Shown: positions 1 through 10,699 of the stretch, in pieces
Layout of the letters: each line of letters starts with the position of its first letter
Position numbering within the stretch: the first letter of the stretch is position 1
From: Lacipirellulaceae bacterium
GTDB lineage: Bacteria; Planctomycetota; Planctomycetia; Pirellulales; Lacipirellulaceae
Length of the DNA stretch: 64,000 nucleotides
Direction of reading: 5' to 3'
Assembly: GCA_965263315.1 (NCBI GenBank)
Contig: CBDHGZ010000004.1
Location: forward strand, 489,251-553,250
Notes under the pieces: model-generated
Seen by the model: the letters and a program-made list of their open reading frames with translations, nothing else
Told to the model about the DNA's origin: nothing
Database searches by the model: none
Position numbers and translations under genes: made by a program

Positions 1-809
1 CCTTAGATTCGCCAAGCACTGACCTTAGTTGCCCCGCTGTTCCGCGTGCTCGCGTTGTCGGTGTCCCCTTCAACGTTTGCGATTACGAAGACGCAATTTC
101 CTGGCTCGTGGCTTCTGCGGAAAATTCGCGGCAAGATGCTCGCGCCCGTTACGTGTGTGCAGCCAACGTGGCGGACGCGATGAATGCTCGCAAAGACGTT
201 GAGTTTGCTGCCGGCATGGAGGCCAGTGATTTGGTCGTCCCTGACGGCGCTCCTGTCGTGTGGGCGATGCGTTCTGCCGGGCACGCCATCCGCAAACGGG
301 TCTATGGACCCACGCTGATGCAAAAGGCGTTGGAAACAGAGGCGGTTGCTGAGCGCCGGCATGTATTGATCGCCGGGTCTGAGGAGTCCCGCGAAGGGGT
401 TCGGCAACGCTTCCCCCATGTGAACTGGGTTGGCGATCTCGATTTCTGGTTCAACAAGCTCGATGAACAACAGTACTCAAATTTGGCTCAGCGTTATCAA
501 GAGCTGGATCCGGATTACGCCTGGGTTTCGCTTGGCGATGGCAAGCAAGTTCGCTTTATGCATAAGTTTGCTCCGCGCGTGTCGCAGGGCGTATTGCTTG
601 GCGTGGGCGCCGCCTTTGACTTCCATGCTGGCAAGACGCGCCAGGCGCCGCAGTGGATGCAAGACAACGGCATGGAGTGGTTCTTTCGCCTAGCGACCGA
701 GCCACGCCGACTATGGCGCCGCTATCTGCTGCACAATCCTCCGTTCTTGTACCACTGGCTCGCGGAGGTCGTACGTGGCCCCGCCAGACCGGTCGCCATC
801 ACTGACTGA
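1..809 (+). CDS. WecB/TagA/CpsF-family glycosyltransferase (N-acetylmannosaminyltransferase-like); 5' end lies upstream of the window (reading frame open from nt 3)
   Basis: In-frame translation from nt 3 gives ...VVGVPFNVCDYEDAISWL... and later GLEWFFRLATEPRRLWRRYL, typical WecB/TagA/CpsF motifs. There is no start codon inside the window, so the gene is 5' partial. Confidence 0.8.
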   Translation, partial: LDSPSTDLSCPAVPRARVVGVPFNVCDYEDAISWLVASAENSRQDARARYVCAANVADAMNARKDVEFAAGMEASDLVVPDGAPVVWAMRSAGHAIRKRVYGPTLMQKALETEAVAERRHVLIAGSEESREGVRQRFPHVNWVGDLDFWFNKLDEQQYSNLAQRYQELDPDYAWVSLGDGKQVRFMHKFAPRVSQGVLLGVGAAFDFHAGKTRQAPQWMQDNGMEWFFRLATEPRRLWRRYLLHNPPFLYHWLAEVVRGPARPVAITD

Positions 810-887
810 CGGCGACCTGAACCGCTAACGCTGCTCTTCACCTTTTTCAACGAACAAGCGACGGATTGCTGATACCCCTGCAAGACT

Positions 888-1739
888 ATGCCTGCTGACG
901 AATCTCAACTGACTTTTCCTACCGATAGCCCGCTGGCGGGTGACGCCCTCAGCACTTCACCGGGCGAACAACCAGCCGGTGAGCTCTACGAAGCCGCGCG
1001 GCCAAGAGTGATTATCGCCTTGCCGGCTTTCAACGAAGAGGAGTCGCTAGGCCCTTTGCTTGACGGCATTGGTCTGGCGATGGCAGGCTCCGGCATCGAG
1101 TACTCGATCATCGTCGTTGATGATGGCAGCACGGACGACACGGCACGGATCGCCAGCCAAGCATCATTCCGCTTGCCAGTTACATTAATCGAGCACGAGC
1201 AGAATAGCGGCCTAGCCGCGGCACTGCGGACAGGGTTCCAGGCGGCGACTGAGAAAGCGCGTCCTGGGGATGTGATCATCACGATGGACGCCGACAACAC
1301 TCATCCACCGGGGTTGATGCACCGGATGCTGGGGATGGTTGGCGAGGGATGCGACGTCGTCATCGCGTCACGTTTTCAGACCGGCTCTCAAGTCCACGGA
1401 GTGCCTCTTAGTCGCGTATGGCTAAGTGTCGGCGCACGCTGGCTCTTCACCCTCGCGTTTCCGATTCGTGGAGTCCGCGATTACACATGTGGTTTTCGTG
1501 CTTACCGAGCCAGCGTGCTCCAAGATGCCTTGGCTGAGCATGGTGACAACTTCGTCAGCGAGCGCGGCTTCTCTTGCATGGTGGATGTCCTACTCAAGCT
1601 CCGCCTCAGTGACCTCATCATGGCCGAAGCTCCCATGATCCTGCGATACGACCTCAAGGGCGGCGCTAGCAAAATGCGAGTCTTCAAGACGGTCATGCAG
1701 ACTTTGTCTTTGATTGTTCGCAGACGGGTTGGCGGCTGA
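888..1739 (+). CDS. GT2-family glycosyltransferase, Dpm1/ArnC-like polyprenyl-phosphate sugar synthase
   Basis: 283 aa with the GT-A fold signature (VVDDGSTDDT ... ITMDADNTHPP) and the architecture of dolichol-phosphate mannosyltransferase/ArnC homologs. Confidence 0.8.
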   Translation: MPADESQLTFPTDSPLAGDALSTSPGEQPAGELYEAARPRVIIALPAFNEEESLGPLLDGIGLAMAGSGIEYSIIVVDDGSTDDTARIASQASFRLPVTLIEHEQNSGLAAALRTGFQAATEKARPGDVIITMDADNTHPPGLMHRMLGMVGEGCDVVIASRFQTGSQVHGVPLSRVWLSVGARWLFTLAFPIRGVRDYTCGFRAYRASVLQDALAEHGDNFVSERGFSCMVDVLLKLRLSDLIMAEAPMILRYDLKGGASKMRVFKTVMQTLSLIVRRRVGG

Positions 1740-1805
1740 TGCTTTTGTGGATCGCGGCGTGATTCGACAACCCGAGAGACTTCCCTTCAAGGCGGCACAA
1801 TACTG

Positions 1806-3230
1806 ATGCAACAAGAATCACAACAACAGTGGGCGGTCGTTGGTGGCGGCGTCTTGGGTCTGTCGCTCGCCCACCGTTTGGCGAAGCGCGGCGTCCGCGT
1901 CACGCTGTTGGAAGCGGCGCCGGAATTAGGGGGCTTGGCGAGCGCCTGGCGGCTCAAGACGGACCATGACGAAGTCGTCTGGGACCGCCACTATCACGTG
2001 ACCCTATTGTCGGACACGGTGCTCCGAGACTTGCTGGAAGAGATTGGACTGACCGACCACATGCGCTGGGTTGAGACCAAGACCGGTTTCTACAGTGGCG
2101 GTGAGCTGCATTCGATGTCGAACTCGTTGGAGTTCTTGAACTTTCCGCCGCTCACTTTGATTGAGAAGATTCGTTTGGGGATGACGATCTTCTACGCCTC
2201 CCGAATCAAGGACTGGCGACCACTTGAGAAAGTGTCCGTTGCGGATTGGCTTCGTAAGTGGTCCGGCGAAGGAGTCTTTGAAAAGATCTGGCTGCCGTTG
2301 CTTAAGGCAAAACTCGGAGAGACCTACCGAGAGACTTCCGCGGCGTTCATCTGGGCTCATACCAATCGGATGTACAAAGCGCGGCGGTCAGGCCTGAAGA
2401 AAGAGATGTTTGGCTATGTTCGCGGCGGCTACGCCAGCATCTTGGACCGCCTGGCACAGGTGCTTAGTGAGATGGGCGTCGCGGTTCAGTGCTCGGCCCC
2501 CGTGCATGACACCGTGTCCACTGATGAGGGGCGCGTTCTCGTCCAATATGGCGAAGGGCACAGCGCTGAGTTTGATAACGTGGTCTTTACGGTTCCGTCA
2601 CCCGTAATTGCCAATGCCTGCTCTGAGCTGGAAGCTGAGGAGCGTCGCCGACACCAAGAGATCAAATACTTGGGGATCGTCTGTGCTTCGCTATTGTTGA
2701 AGAAACCAATCTCACCTTACTACGTAACCAACATTACGGATACCTGGGTGCCACTGACAGCCGTGATCGAAATGACCACGATTGTGCATCCGAGTGAACT
2801 GGGCGGTCGTTCGCTAGTTTACTTGCCGAAGTACGTGCCTTCGGACGACCCGCTATTCGAAGAGTCTGACGAGAGCTTGCAGGAAAGATGGCTGGGGACG
2901 CTTGAGAAGATGTATCCCCACTTTTCTCGCGACCAAGTAGAAGCTTTTCAGGTGTCGCGGGCCAGGAATGTCATGGCGCTGCCTACTTTGAATTACTCTT
3001 CGAAGCTCCCGCCAATGCGGACGTCGGTCCCTGGAGTGTTTGCTATTAACTCCGCACATATTCTTAAAGGGAATCTGAACGTCAATGAAACGATCGAACT
3101 AGGTTACGAGGCGTTCGACCGTCTGTTGGCGCCGATCATCGACGCAGGCCCTGCGCAGCGGCTTGCTCTCTCCAACATCGACAGGTCTGAGAATGTCGCC
3201 GACGATTGCGAGCTTGTCGCTCGATCTTGA
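1806..3230 (+). CDS. NAD(P)/FAD-dependent oxidoreductase (amine-oxidase / protoporphyrinogen-oxidase-like fold)
   Basis: N-terminal dinucleotide-binding motif VVGGGVLGLSLAHRLAKRGVRVTLLEAAPELGGLASAW in a 474 aa product. Confidence 0.7.
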   Translation: MQQESQQQWAVVGGGVLGLSLAHRLAKRGVRVTLLEAAPELGGLASAWRLKTDHDEVVWDRHYHVTLLSDTVLRDLLEEIGLTDHMRWVETKTGFYSGGELHSMSNSLEFLNFPPLTLIEKIRLGMTIFYASRIKDWRPLEKVSVADWLRKWSGEGVFEKIWLPLLKAKLGETYRETSAAFIWAHTNRMYKARRSGLKKEMFGYVRGGYASILDRLAQVLSEMGVAVQCSAPVHDTVSTDEGRVLVQYGEGHSAEFDNVVFTVPSPVIANACSELEAEERRRHQEIKYLGIVCASLLLKKPISPYYVTNITDTWVPLTAVIEMTTIVHPSELGGRSLVYLPKYVPSDDPLFEESDESLQERWLGTLEKMYPHFSRDQVEAFQVSRARNVMALPTLNYSSKLPPMRTSVPGVFAINSAHILKGNLNVNETIELGYEAFDRLLAPIIDAGPAQRLALSNIDRSENVADDCELVARS

Positions 3231-4203
3231 TGACAAGTGGGCCTACCTCAAGGCGCGGGGTGATGGGAGCTGGGAGTCTTTCCCCAGTATTCTCGACCGC
3301 GTCGTGCCACGTTTATTGGAATTCCTTGCCGATCGCGATCTGCGAATCACGTTTTTTATCGTGGGGCAAGATGCCGCGCTGCAACACAACCGTGCTCTCC
3401 TGCAGGCCATCGCAGACGCTGGGCACGAAGTTGCGAATCACTCTTTTCACCACGAGCCATGGTTGGCCGAAAAACCAGCCCAAGAGATCGCCGCCGAATT
3501 ACAACAAGCCGAGGAGGCCATTCTTCAGGCAACCGGACAGCGCACGCTCGGCTTCCGTGGCCCCGCTTTCAGTCGGTCGCCGGAGCTGCTGTCGGTGCTG
3601 GTGGATCGCGGCTATCAGTATGACGCGTCTTCGTTTCCTACGTTTATTGGGCCGCTTGCCCGAGCCTACTTTATGATGACGGCGAAACTGGACGCCGACC
3701 AACGATCGACTCGCAGCAATTTGTATGGATCCGTTAAGGATGGTTTCGCAACGCTGCGGCCTCATGAGATCGCCACCAACAGCGGGCCACTCTGTGAGAT
3801 TCCTGTTACGACGATGCCCTTGACGCGGGCTCCTATCCATTTGAGCTACTTGTTCTTCCTGGCGCAACGTTCGCCTTGGCTCGCCAGGGCTTACTTCCAC
3901 TCGGCCATTCGACTGTGTCGTTGGCGCGGGTTGGAGCCTTCTTTATTGCTCCACGCGCTCGACTTCTGGGGCTGTGATGATGACGACCAGATGGGCTACT
4001 TCCCAGGTATGGGGCTTACGGCGGCGGAAAAAATGGAGCTGTTGAGCGATGTCCTTGAGACTGTAGGTCGGCACCATCGCTTGGTTACTATGGATGAGCA
4101 CGCCTCCAGGTTTTGTCGCCATAGTCCAGCAAGTGACTTCGCCGGTGTTGTGGCTCCCTCCGCTGAGCTGCCAGTTTCCCCTGGCAGTCCGCTGGAGGTC
4201 TAG
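3193..4203 (+). CDS. polysaccharide deacetylase family protein (NodB-homology domain, ArnD-like)
   Basis: Motifs FFIVGQDAALQHNRALLQAIADAGHEVANHSFHHEPW. The ATG at 3193 overlaps the end of the upstream gene; an alternative TTG start lies at 3163. Confidence 0.75.
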   Translation: MSPTIASLSLDLDDKWAYLKARGDGSWESFPSILDRVVPRLLEFLADRDLRITFFIVGQDAALQHNRALLQAIADAGHEVANHSFHHEPWLAEKPAQEIAAELQQAEEAILQATGQRTLGFRGPAFSRSPELLSVLVDRGYQYDASSFPTFIGPLARAYFMMTAKLDADQRSTRSNLYGSVKDGFATLRPHEIATNSGPLCEIPVTTMPLTRAPIHLSYLFFLAQRSPWLARAYFHSAIRLCRWRGLEPSLLLHALDFWGCDDDDQMGYFPGMGLTAAEKMELLSDVLETVGRHHRLVTMDEHASRFCRHSPASDFAGVVAPSAELPVSPGSPLEV

Positions 4204-4205
4204 GC

Positions 4206-5798
4206 ATGGCTACGATTGATGCGATGCCGACCACACGGGCGGAGCGGCGCCAGGCCTCGACTCCGGCCGGCGACCTCCCGCCGGCGCGGGAGCGAACCAT
4301 TATCGCGGCCGTGATGCTGTGCTTGCTGGTCTATCATGGACTCACGATCAGTCGGCAATGCTTGTTTACGGACGAGATTCGTGAAATCGCCATTACTCAG
4401 TGGCCGACGATCGATTTGCTGTTTGCGAATGACTCGATGCCCCCGTTGTTCCCCCTGCTGCATCGTGCATGGCTACAGGTATGGGGAACCGATGCGGCGG
4501 CGCGCTGGTTCTCGGCCCTATGCGGGATGTTGAGCGTGATTGCCGTGTGGCAATTCACGCGCTTGTTGGTCGATAGAGTCACTGGTGTGACGGCAGCCGC
4601 TCTCTTTGCCGTGATGCCGTTGCCGCTCTACTATGCGCAGCTCGTTCGGGGGTATGCGCTGATGGGGCTGCTGGCAGTGTTGGCGATTGGCACTTTCGCG
4701 CTGGCGGAGCGGGGTCGACGCTCAGCCTACTTTGCCTTCGTGGGGGTCTCCGTGGTGGGGATGTACGAGCACTACTACTTCGCCATTTTGCTGCTGAGCC
4801 TGGCCCTGGTGTGGCTTGTTTCTCGGCCAAGGCTCCCGAAGTCTCGCGGGCTGGCAGCCTTCGTTGCCATTGCGCTGTTATCGGCTCCGGTGATTTTCTT
4901 CCTCAAGACCGACTTCGGTTTCCAGAAGGAACTCCGCGCGCCACGGCCGATGAGTGTGGCCGCATTGGGCTACACCTTCACGAGTTTCTTCTCTGGCTAC
5001 TCGCTCGGACCGTCAAAGGCAGACCTCCATACTTTGTCGACCGTTGAGGCAGCGGTAATGATTGCTCCTTGGGCCTTGGCGATCACAGGATGCGTCGCCC
5101 CGCTGGCGGTTGCGGGGTTTCGTCGGCTGCGTGAGGTGCGTCTCGCCGGACCGTTGGTGGCGATGATAGTCCTGCCCGTGTTGATTACTGGTGGACTCGG
5201 GGCGTTGGCTGGCATCACCTACAACGTGCGCTTCGTGGCTTGGTGCGCAGCCCCTCTGGCTGTGCTGCTTGGCGCTGGGGCCTGCGCTCCTGGATTGTCG
5301 CCTCTGCGTCGCGCGGCCACCCTCGGCCTCGTCGCCGTGATGGTGGTGGCCCTTGCCAATCGCAACCTAAACCCACGGTATTTCAACGAAGAGTATCGGT
5401 CCGTCGCAGCGTACCTTGACGAGCATGCCCATGCTCAAGCGGCCATATTCTGTGTGAGTGGTTATGCGGCGGGTGGCGTGCGGTACTACTTGCCAGGGCA
5501 TCAGCAGCGGGTCTTGGAGCTACCTACGCCTGGGCAGTCTAGCGAAGTAGTCACCACTGTTGGTCAAGTAGACCAAGCGGTGGCAGTTGTCCGATCAACT
5601 CCGGCCAGCCAAGCGTGGCTACTCTACTGCAGGCCCTTTCATGGTGACCCGGAAGGCAAACTGCTGGCGGCTCTACGAGCAGAATTTGCCCTTGAAGAGG
5701 CCGCCCGCGCTGCTGGGATTGTGCTGTTCCGAGCGACCGCATTTGCTTCCAAAGAGCCGCCGCCAGAGGACGCTACTGTGAGTCGCACAGACAGATAG
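4206..5798 (+). CDS. integral-membrane GT-C fold glycosyltransferase (GT39/GT83, ArnT/PMT-like) with a C-terminal soluble domain
   Basis: 530 aa with more than 10 predicted TM helices and an N-terminal region like ArnT / dolichyl-phosphate-mannose protein mannosyltransferases. Immediately follows the deacetylase gene. Confidence 0.65.
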   Translation: MATIDAMPTTRAERRQASTPAGDLPPARERTIIAAVMLCLLVYHGLTISRQCLFTDEIREIAITQWPTIDLLFANDSMPPLFPLLHRAWLQVWGTDAAARWFSALCGMLSVIAVWQFTRLLVDRVTGVTAAALFAVMPLPLYYAQLVRGYALMGLLAVLAIGTFALAERGRRSAYFAFVGVSVVGMYEHYYFAILLLSLALVWLVSRPRLPKSRGLAAFVAIALLSAPVIFFLKTDFGFQKELRAPRPMSVAALGYTFTSFFSGYSLGPSKADLHTLSTVEAAVMIAPWALAITGCVAPLAVAGFRRLREVRLAGPLVAMIVLPVLITGGLGALAGITYNVRFVAWCAAPLAVLLGAGACAPGLSPLRRAATLGLVAVMVVALANRNLNPRYFNEEYRSVAAYLDEHAHAQAAIFCVSGYAAGGVRYYLPGHQQRVLELPTPGQSSEVVTTVGQVDQAVAVVRSTPASQAWLLYCRPFHGDPEGKLLAALRAEFALEEAARAAGIVLFRATAFASKEPPPEDATVSRTDR

Positions 5799-5824
5799 CC
5801 CCCCGAGGATGGCTGATGCGAGTC

Positions 5825-5913
5825 TCAGGAACACGAGGCCGCCCGCGGATAGCTGTTTAAGCGGTTCTTGGGCCCGAGCCGGTCATGCCGATTCAAGAAA
5901 CGCTGTCGCAAGG
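5825..5913 (+). repeat. copy C of a ~90-nt repeated sequence family (3 copies in window), probable sRNA or regulatory element
   Basis: Aligns with 41503-41598 (+) and 55261-55345 (-): tCAGGaACAcgaGGCcgCCCGCGgATaGCtGtTTAaGCGgTTCTTGGGCcCgAGCcGGTCAtGcCgATTCAAGAAaCGCTGT. Confidence 0.6.
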
Positions 5914-5914
5914 G

Positions 5915-6133
5915 TCACTCGGTTAGGGGTTCCGACTCTTGTGTTAGCTTGTCGCCTCGGCAATCGGGGGACGGGCTTGTGCAGGCGTCGCAGATAGAAT
6001 TGCCTTGGTCGTCCTTGAAGCCGGCGAGTCCGCCGCAGGATCCCTTGATGCGACGGTTGGAAATCAGCACACCAACGCCCATCCCCGCCAGGGCGATCAA
6101 GAAGACGGCAAGCGTAATGAAGAAGGTCGGCAT
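5915..6133 (-). CDS. nqrM: (Na+)-NQR maturation protein NqrM
   Basis: 72 aa, one N-terminal TM helix plus conserved Cys cluster (CGG...CDAC...C). Lies directly downstream of apbE in the nqr operon. Confidence 0.8.
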   Translation of the reverse strand: MPTFFITLAVFLIALAGMGVGVLISNRRIKGSCGGLAGFKDDQGNSICDACTSPSPDCRGDKLTQESEPLTE

Positions 6134-6139
6134 GGCCTA

Positions 6140-7204
6140 TTAGTTTGCTTCGGCTTTGTTTGCTTCGGCGGCGAGTTGCTCAGCCCAGGCGCTGGTGGTT
6201 CGTTCGATAGGACCACAGTCTGATCGCTCCACGAAGAACGCCGCGATGTCGTGGTCCTCTGACCAATCATACCCACGTTCGGGTCCCATGACTAACAGGG
6301 CGGTTGCCAATGCGTCTGCCTCCATGCAGGTGTCGGCACGCACGGTGACGGTCGCCAGGTTGTGCGTCACCGGTCGGCTGGTGGTGGGGTCGATCGTGTG
6401 CGAATAGCGAGTGCCGTCCAGTTGGAAGAAGTTGCGGTAGTCACCGGATGTGGCGACCGCGTCGCCTGACAATTCAACGACCATCTGGATCGAACGTCCC
6501 GCTGAGTCGGGCTTTTCGATGCCAATCCGCCATGGTGCGCCGTCTGGTTTAGTTCCCCTCGTTGCCACCTCGCCACCAATTTCCACCATATAACTGCTCA
6601 CCCCCTGCTCTTGGAGCAGTCTGCCAATTTCATCGGACGCATAGCCTTTGGCGACGGCGGATAAATCGACATAGACCTGGGGATTAGTTTTGCGGAGGGC
6701 AGGTGGATCGATTCGCACTTCCACCTGTTGGTAGCCGATCCGCTGTCGAGCCTGGGCAATGGCGTCGTCGCTAGGCGGGTCGCGCCGACGGCCTTCAGGG
6801 CCAAACCCCCACAGGTTTACCGCCGGACCCACGGTGGGGTCGAAAGCGCCGTCCGTTGCTTTGGCAATCTCCAAGGCGAAGCGAACGACTTCTGCCGTCT
6901 CGTGAGAAACGGAAAACCAAGTCTCGGTCTCATGCTGATTGAACTGAGAGAGTTCCGACTCGGCGTCGTAGGTCGACATCTGCCGATTGATCTCAGCCAG
7001 ACGACTACCAACGGCCTGTTGAAGGCTTTGCGTTACGCGAGAACTGACGACGCTGCATTGGTACGCGGTCCCCATCGTGGGGCCCTCGAACGTCAGCACC
7101 GATAGCGAGGAACGAGCGGGACGAAACGCAGGCGAGAAGACTGCGATGGCAGCGGTAGCAACAACGAGGGCTACCAACAACTCACGCAGTGAAGGTCGCA
7201 TCAC
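6140..7204 (-). CDS. apbE: FAD:protein FMN transferase ApbE
   Basis: Lipoprotein-like N-terminus, TMGT motif and ApbE-family length (354 aa). Overlaps nqrF by 4 nt. Confidence 0.85.
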   Translation of the reverse strand: MMRPSLRELLVALVVATAAIAVFSPAFRPARSSLSVLTFEGPTMGTAYQCSVVSSRVTQSLQQAVGSRLAEINRQMSTYDAESELSQFNQHETETWFSVSHETAEVVRFALEIAKATDGAFDPTVGPAVNLWGFGPEGRRRDPPSDDAIAQARQRIGYQQVEVRIDPPALRKTNPQVYVDLSAVAKGYASDEIGRLLQEQGVSSYMVEIGGEVATRGTKPDGAPWRIGIEKPDSAGRSIQMVVELSGDAVATSGDYRNFFQLDGTRYSHTIDPTTSRPVTHNLATVTVRADTCMEADALATALLVMGPERGYDWSEDHDIAAFFVERSDCGPIERTTSAWAEQLAAEANKAEAN

Positions 7205-8421
7205 CCACCGAAGTCATCGAATGCGATGTTCTCTTGTTCCACGCCTAGGTCGTCAAGCATCTTGAAGACGGCCGAGTTCATCATTGGTGGACCACAGATG
7301 TAATACTCGATGTCTTCTGGAGCGGGGTGCTCGTTTAGATAATTGTCGAGCAGCACCTGATGAATGAAGCCGACGTAGCCATCCCAGTTGTCCTCGGGGA
7401 GTGGCTCCGAGAGGGCGATGTTGAACTTGAAGTTGGGGAACTGCCGTTCGATTTCGCGGAAGTGGTCGATGTAGAACAACTCTCGCAAGCTCCGGCCACC
7501 GTACCAATAGGAAACCTTGCGGCCCGTTTTGAGGTTCTTAAACAGCTCGAAGATGTGGCTGCGGAGCGGGGCCATACCTGCGCCGCCACCGATGTAAACC
7601 ATCTCCGAGTCGGTGTCTTTGATGAAGAACTCGCCGTAAGGCCCGGAAATCGTCACCTTGTCGCCTGGCTTAAGGCTAAAGATATAGCTCGACATCTTGC
7701 CCGGCGGTGTCCCCTCGGGAGCGCGCGGCGGGGGGCTTGCGACGCGGACGTTGAGCATGATGATGCCCTTCTCGCCCGGGTAATTGGCCATGGAGTAGGC
7801 CCGGACAACCGGTTCTTGGACGTCCGACACGTAGCGCCAGACGTTGTACTTGTCCCAGTCGGGATGGTACTCCTCTTCGATCTCAAAGTCCTTGTAGGCG
7901 GCGACGTGCGGCGGGCACTCGATCTGGATGTAGCCGCCTGCTTTGAAGTCGACGTCTTCGCCTTCGGGGAGCTTGAGTTTGAACTCTTTGATGAAGGTCG
8001 CCACGTTGTGATTGGAAATGACCTCGCATTCCCACTTCTTGGTCTCGAAGGCCTCGGGCGGCACCTCGACCTTCATGTCTTGTTTGACGGCTACTTGGCA
8101 CGAGAGGCGGCAACCTTCACGGGCTTCTTTCTTGTTGATATGCGACTGCTCCGTAGGGAGGATGTCGCCACCGCCGTCGTGCACTTTCACAAGGCATTGG
8201 GCGCAGGTACCGCCGCCACCGCAGGCGCTGGAGACGAAGACGCCTTCATCGGCCAACGCTCCAAGCAGCTTACCGCCTGCGGGAACGTGGATCGTCTTTT
8301 GCCCGTTGATTTCGATCGCCACATCGCCACTAGGCACCAACTGCCACTTGGCGACCATAATGATGGCCACCAAGGCAAGGACAATGGCGGTGAACATGAC
8401 AACGCTAAGAAAGACGGCCAT
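7201..8421 (-). CDS. nqrF: Na+-translocating NADH:quinone oxidoreductase subunit F
   Basis: N-terminal TM helix, 2Fe-2S ferredoxin domain ([10 protein letters not shown]), FAD/NAD-binding domain; 406 aa. Confidence 0.9.
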   Translation of the reverse strand: MAVFLSVVMFTAIVLALVAIIMVAKWQLVPSGDVAIEINGQKTIHVPAGGKLLGALADEGVFVSSACGGGGTCAQCLVKVHDGGGDILPTEQSHINKKEAREGCRLSCQVAVKQDMKVEVPPEAFETKKWECEVISNHNVATFIKEFKLKLPEGEDVDFKAGGYIQIECPPHVAAYKDFEIEEEYHPDWDKYNVWRYVSDVQEPVVRAYSMANYPGEKGIIMLNVRVASPPPRAPEGTPPGKMSSYIFSLKPGDKVTISGPYGEFFIKDTDSEMVYIGGGAGMAPLRSHIFELFKNLKTGRKVSYWYGGRSLRELFYIDHFREIERQFPNFKFNIALSEPLPEDNWDGYVGFIHQVLLDNYLNEHPAPEDIEYYICGPPMMNSAVFKMLDDLGVEQENIAFDDFGG

Positions 8422-8512
8422 GGGTAGGGCTCTTGGCTGTTAGCTAAGGTCAAAAAGCAATGAGGTGTTTGCTGGGGGCCAACAGCCAGGGTCGACAGCC
8501 AACCACCTCTTC

Positions 8513-9148
8513 TCACATTCCACCGAACGACATAAACGCCAAGGCCATCAGGCCGACGGTCATAAAGGTGATGCCCAGGCCCTTGAGGCCATCGGGCACG
8601 TCGCTGTATTTCATCTTCTCGCGGATGCCGGCCAGGGCGGCAATCGCCAACGCCCAACCAACGCCCGAGCCGAAGCCAAACGTGCAGCTTTCGGCAAAGT
8701 TGTATTCACGCTCGACCATGAAGAGGGAACCGCCCAAGATGGCACAGTTCACCGTAATCAGAGGTAGGAAGATGCCAAGTGCGTTGTAAAGGGCGGGCAC
8801 GTAGCGATCGAGTGTCATTTCGAGGATCTGAACCATCGCGGCTATCGTGCCGATGTAACTGATCAAACCCAAGAAGAGGAAGTCGCTTTCTGGCGTGACA
8901 CTCAGAGCCGCCGAAACGGATGACGGTAACAACTTGTACAGCGCGCCTTCCTTCAGCAAGTATTGGTAAATCAAGTTGTTGGCGGGAATCGTAAGCGTCA
9001 TGATCACGATCACGGCGATGCCCAAGCCCACAGCCGTCTTCACGTTCTTCGATACAGCCAGGAATGTGCACATGCCCAGGAAGAACGCCAACGCCAGATT
9101 CTCGACGAAGACGGCTTTCAGGAAGATGTCGAGGTGATGTTCAATCAT
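8513..9148 (-). CDS. nqrE: Na+-translocating NADH:quinone oxidoreductase subunit E
   Basis: 211 aa polytopic membrane protein; N-terminus ...[21 protein letters not shown] matches the NqrE/RnfA family. Confidence 0.9.
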   Translation of the reverse strand: MIEHHLDIFLKAVFVENLALAFFLGMCTFLAVSKNVKTAVGLGIAVIVIMTLTIPANNLIYQYLLKEGALYKLLPSSVSAALSVTPESDFLFLGLISYIGTIAAMVQILEMTLDRYVPALYNALGIFLPLITVNCAILGGSLFMVEREYNFAESCTFGFGSGVGWALAIAALAGIREKMKYSDVPDGLKGLGITFMTVGLMALAFMSFGGM

Positions 9149-9221
9149 GATTTGGTGAGTCGTGGTTGGTGGCGATGACTCGCTAGGGGGCGTCCGGAGC
9201 GGGCCGGAAGGTCTACGATGC

Positions 9222-9866
9222 TCAGCCGTCGTGCTCGACTTGTTCGGGCTTAAAGGTCCGCAAGATCCAAATGAAAGCCCCGATCAGGAAGAACGCACTG
9301 GGAGGCAACAGCATCAGGCCATCGGGCTCGTACCAACCGCCTTCAGAAACCTTTGGCAGGAGAGTGAGGGTGCCGACAACGGGGATCGTAAGGGTGCCGT
9401 TTCCAAAGAGCTCGCGAATGACGCCCACAACGATCAAGATCAACCCGTAGCCCAGCGCGTTTCCGATGCCATCGAGAAAACTCATGCTCACGTTGTTCTT
9501 CATGGCGAAAGCTTCGGCTCGACCCATCACGATGCAGTTGGTGATGATAAGGCCAACGAAGACGCTCATGGTCTTGCTAGCTTCAAAGGCGTAAGCCTGA
9601 AGGAACTGATCGACCACGATTACCAGCGAGGCGATGATCGTCATTTGGACGATGATGCGAATCGAGCTGGGAATGAACTGACGGATCAGGCTGACCGAGG
9701 CGTTGGACATCGCCGTCACGAAGACCACGGCTACGGCCATGATGATGGACGTTTCCAGCTTGGTCGTCACTGCCAATGCCGAACAGATACCCAGCACCTG
9801 TAAGGCGATGGGGTTGTCATTGAACAGGGGGTTCAGCAGGACTTCTTTGGCTTTAGATTCAGCCAT
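9222..9866 (-). CDS. nqrD: Na+-translocating NADH:quinone oxidoreductase subunit D
   Basis: 214 aa; ...[30 protein letters not shown] is the NqrD/RnfE signature. Confidence 0.9.
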   Translation of the reverse strand: MAESKAKEVLLNPLFNDNPIALQVLGICSALAVTTKLETSIIMAVAVVFVTAMSNASVSLIRQFIPSSIRIIVQMTIIASLVIVVDQFLQAYAFEASKTMSVFVGLIITNCIVMGRAEAFAMKNNVSMSFLDGIGNALGYGLILIVVGVIRELFGNGTLTIPVVGTLTLLPKVSEGGWYEPDGLMLLPPSAFFLIGAFIWILRTFKPEQVEHDG

Positions 9867-9913
9867 CGCGTTTTGCTCCAGGGACCTTGGCGTCTAAGCC
9901 GCCAAGCAGTGAT

Positions 9914-10699
9914 TCAGCCGTCACCTTTGGTTTGTGCCTTAATGAACGGACCGAAGCCGTTTTCGCCTAGCCAGTAGTCGACCAAGTGATCGACCCCTTT
10001 GGAGGTGATCGTCGCGCCCGACAGGCCATCGATTTGGGTGTCGCTCGTGGCGGTTCCTTTGACGACGTTCAGCGCTACCTGGCCATCGTCACCGTAGATT
10101 TGTTTGCCGGCCCAGCTGGCTTTCCAAGTGGCATTATCGACTTCACCACCGAGGCCTGGCGTTTCGGCATGCTTGTAGAAGGTGATGCCTCGAACGGTGG
10201 TACCGTCGGACTCCAAGGCCAAAAAGCCCATGAGAGTGGACCACAAGCCTTTTCCTTCGACCGGAAAGATGTAGCCTTCGACCTGCTCGTTGGTGTCCAC
10301 GATCTTATAAACCGGTGCGGCGGGGGCACGAAAGCGGACCCCCATTAAAGCGTCGGCCGGCTCAATGGGAACCTGCAGCGATGCATCCTTGGCTGCCTTG
10401 GCCGCATCGTACTTGGCGCCGTATTTCTCGACCTTGTCCTCTTCGTTGACCTCCTCGCCCGTGGCCAAATCGATTAGGACCTCGCGAATTCGCTTCTCAA
10501 AGATGGCGTCAACCTCGGACGACGCGGCACCTTTATCGCAAAGTCCTGCCGACAAGAGAACGTTTTTCTTTTTGTCTACTTCGCGATTACGAAGTTGCCG
10601 GTCCTTAAGCGACTCGGCGGCTCCCGAAACCAAGAGGGAGCACGCGACGCATAGGACGGTGGCGACCAGGAAGGTGCCGGCGGTGCTGTTAGGCGACAT
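9914..10699 (-). CDS. nqrC: Na+-translocating NADH:quinone oxidoreductase subunit C
   Basis: 261 aa, N-terminal TM anchor and FMN-attachment motif (GLSGATITS). Confidence 0.9.
   Translation of the reverse strand: MSPNSTAGTFLVATVLCVACSLLVSGAAESLKDRQLRNREVDKKKNVLLSAGLCDKGAASSEVDAIFEKRIREVLIDLATGEEVNEEDKVEKYGAKYDAAKAAKDASLQVPIEPADALMGVRFRAPAAPVYKIVDTNEQVEGYIFPVEGKGLWSTLMGFLALESDGTTVRGITFYKHAETPGLGGEVDNATWKASWAGKQIYGDDGQVALNVVKGTATSDTQIDGLSGATITSKGVDHLVDYWLGENGFGPFIKAQTKGDG

Noticed and set aside
3163-3192. Longer start (TTG at 3163) for the polysaccharide deacetylase
   Set aside because: The ATG at 3193 gives a more conventional start and a smaller overlap with the upstream oxidoreductase gene. 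Either is possible without ortholog alignment.
7360-8427. 355-aa ORF on the plus strand antisense to nqrF; similar long antisense ORFs inside nqrB, valS, ppdK and others
   Set aside because: Typical stop-codon-poor antisense frames of high-GC coding DNA. The sense-strand genes have clear homology, the antisense products have none.
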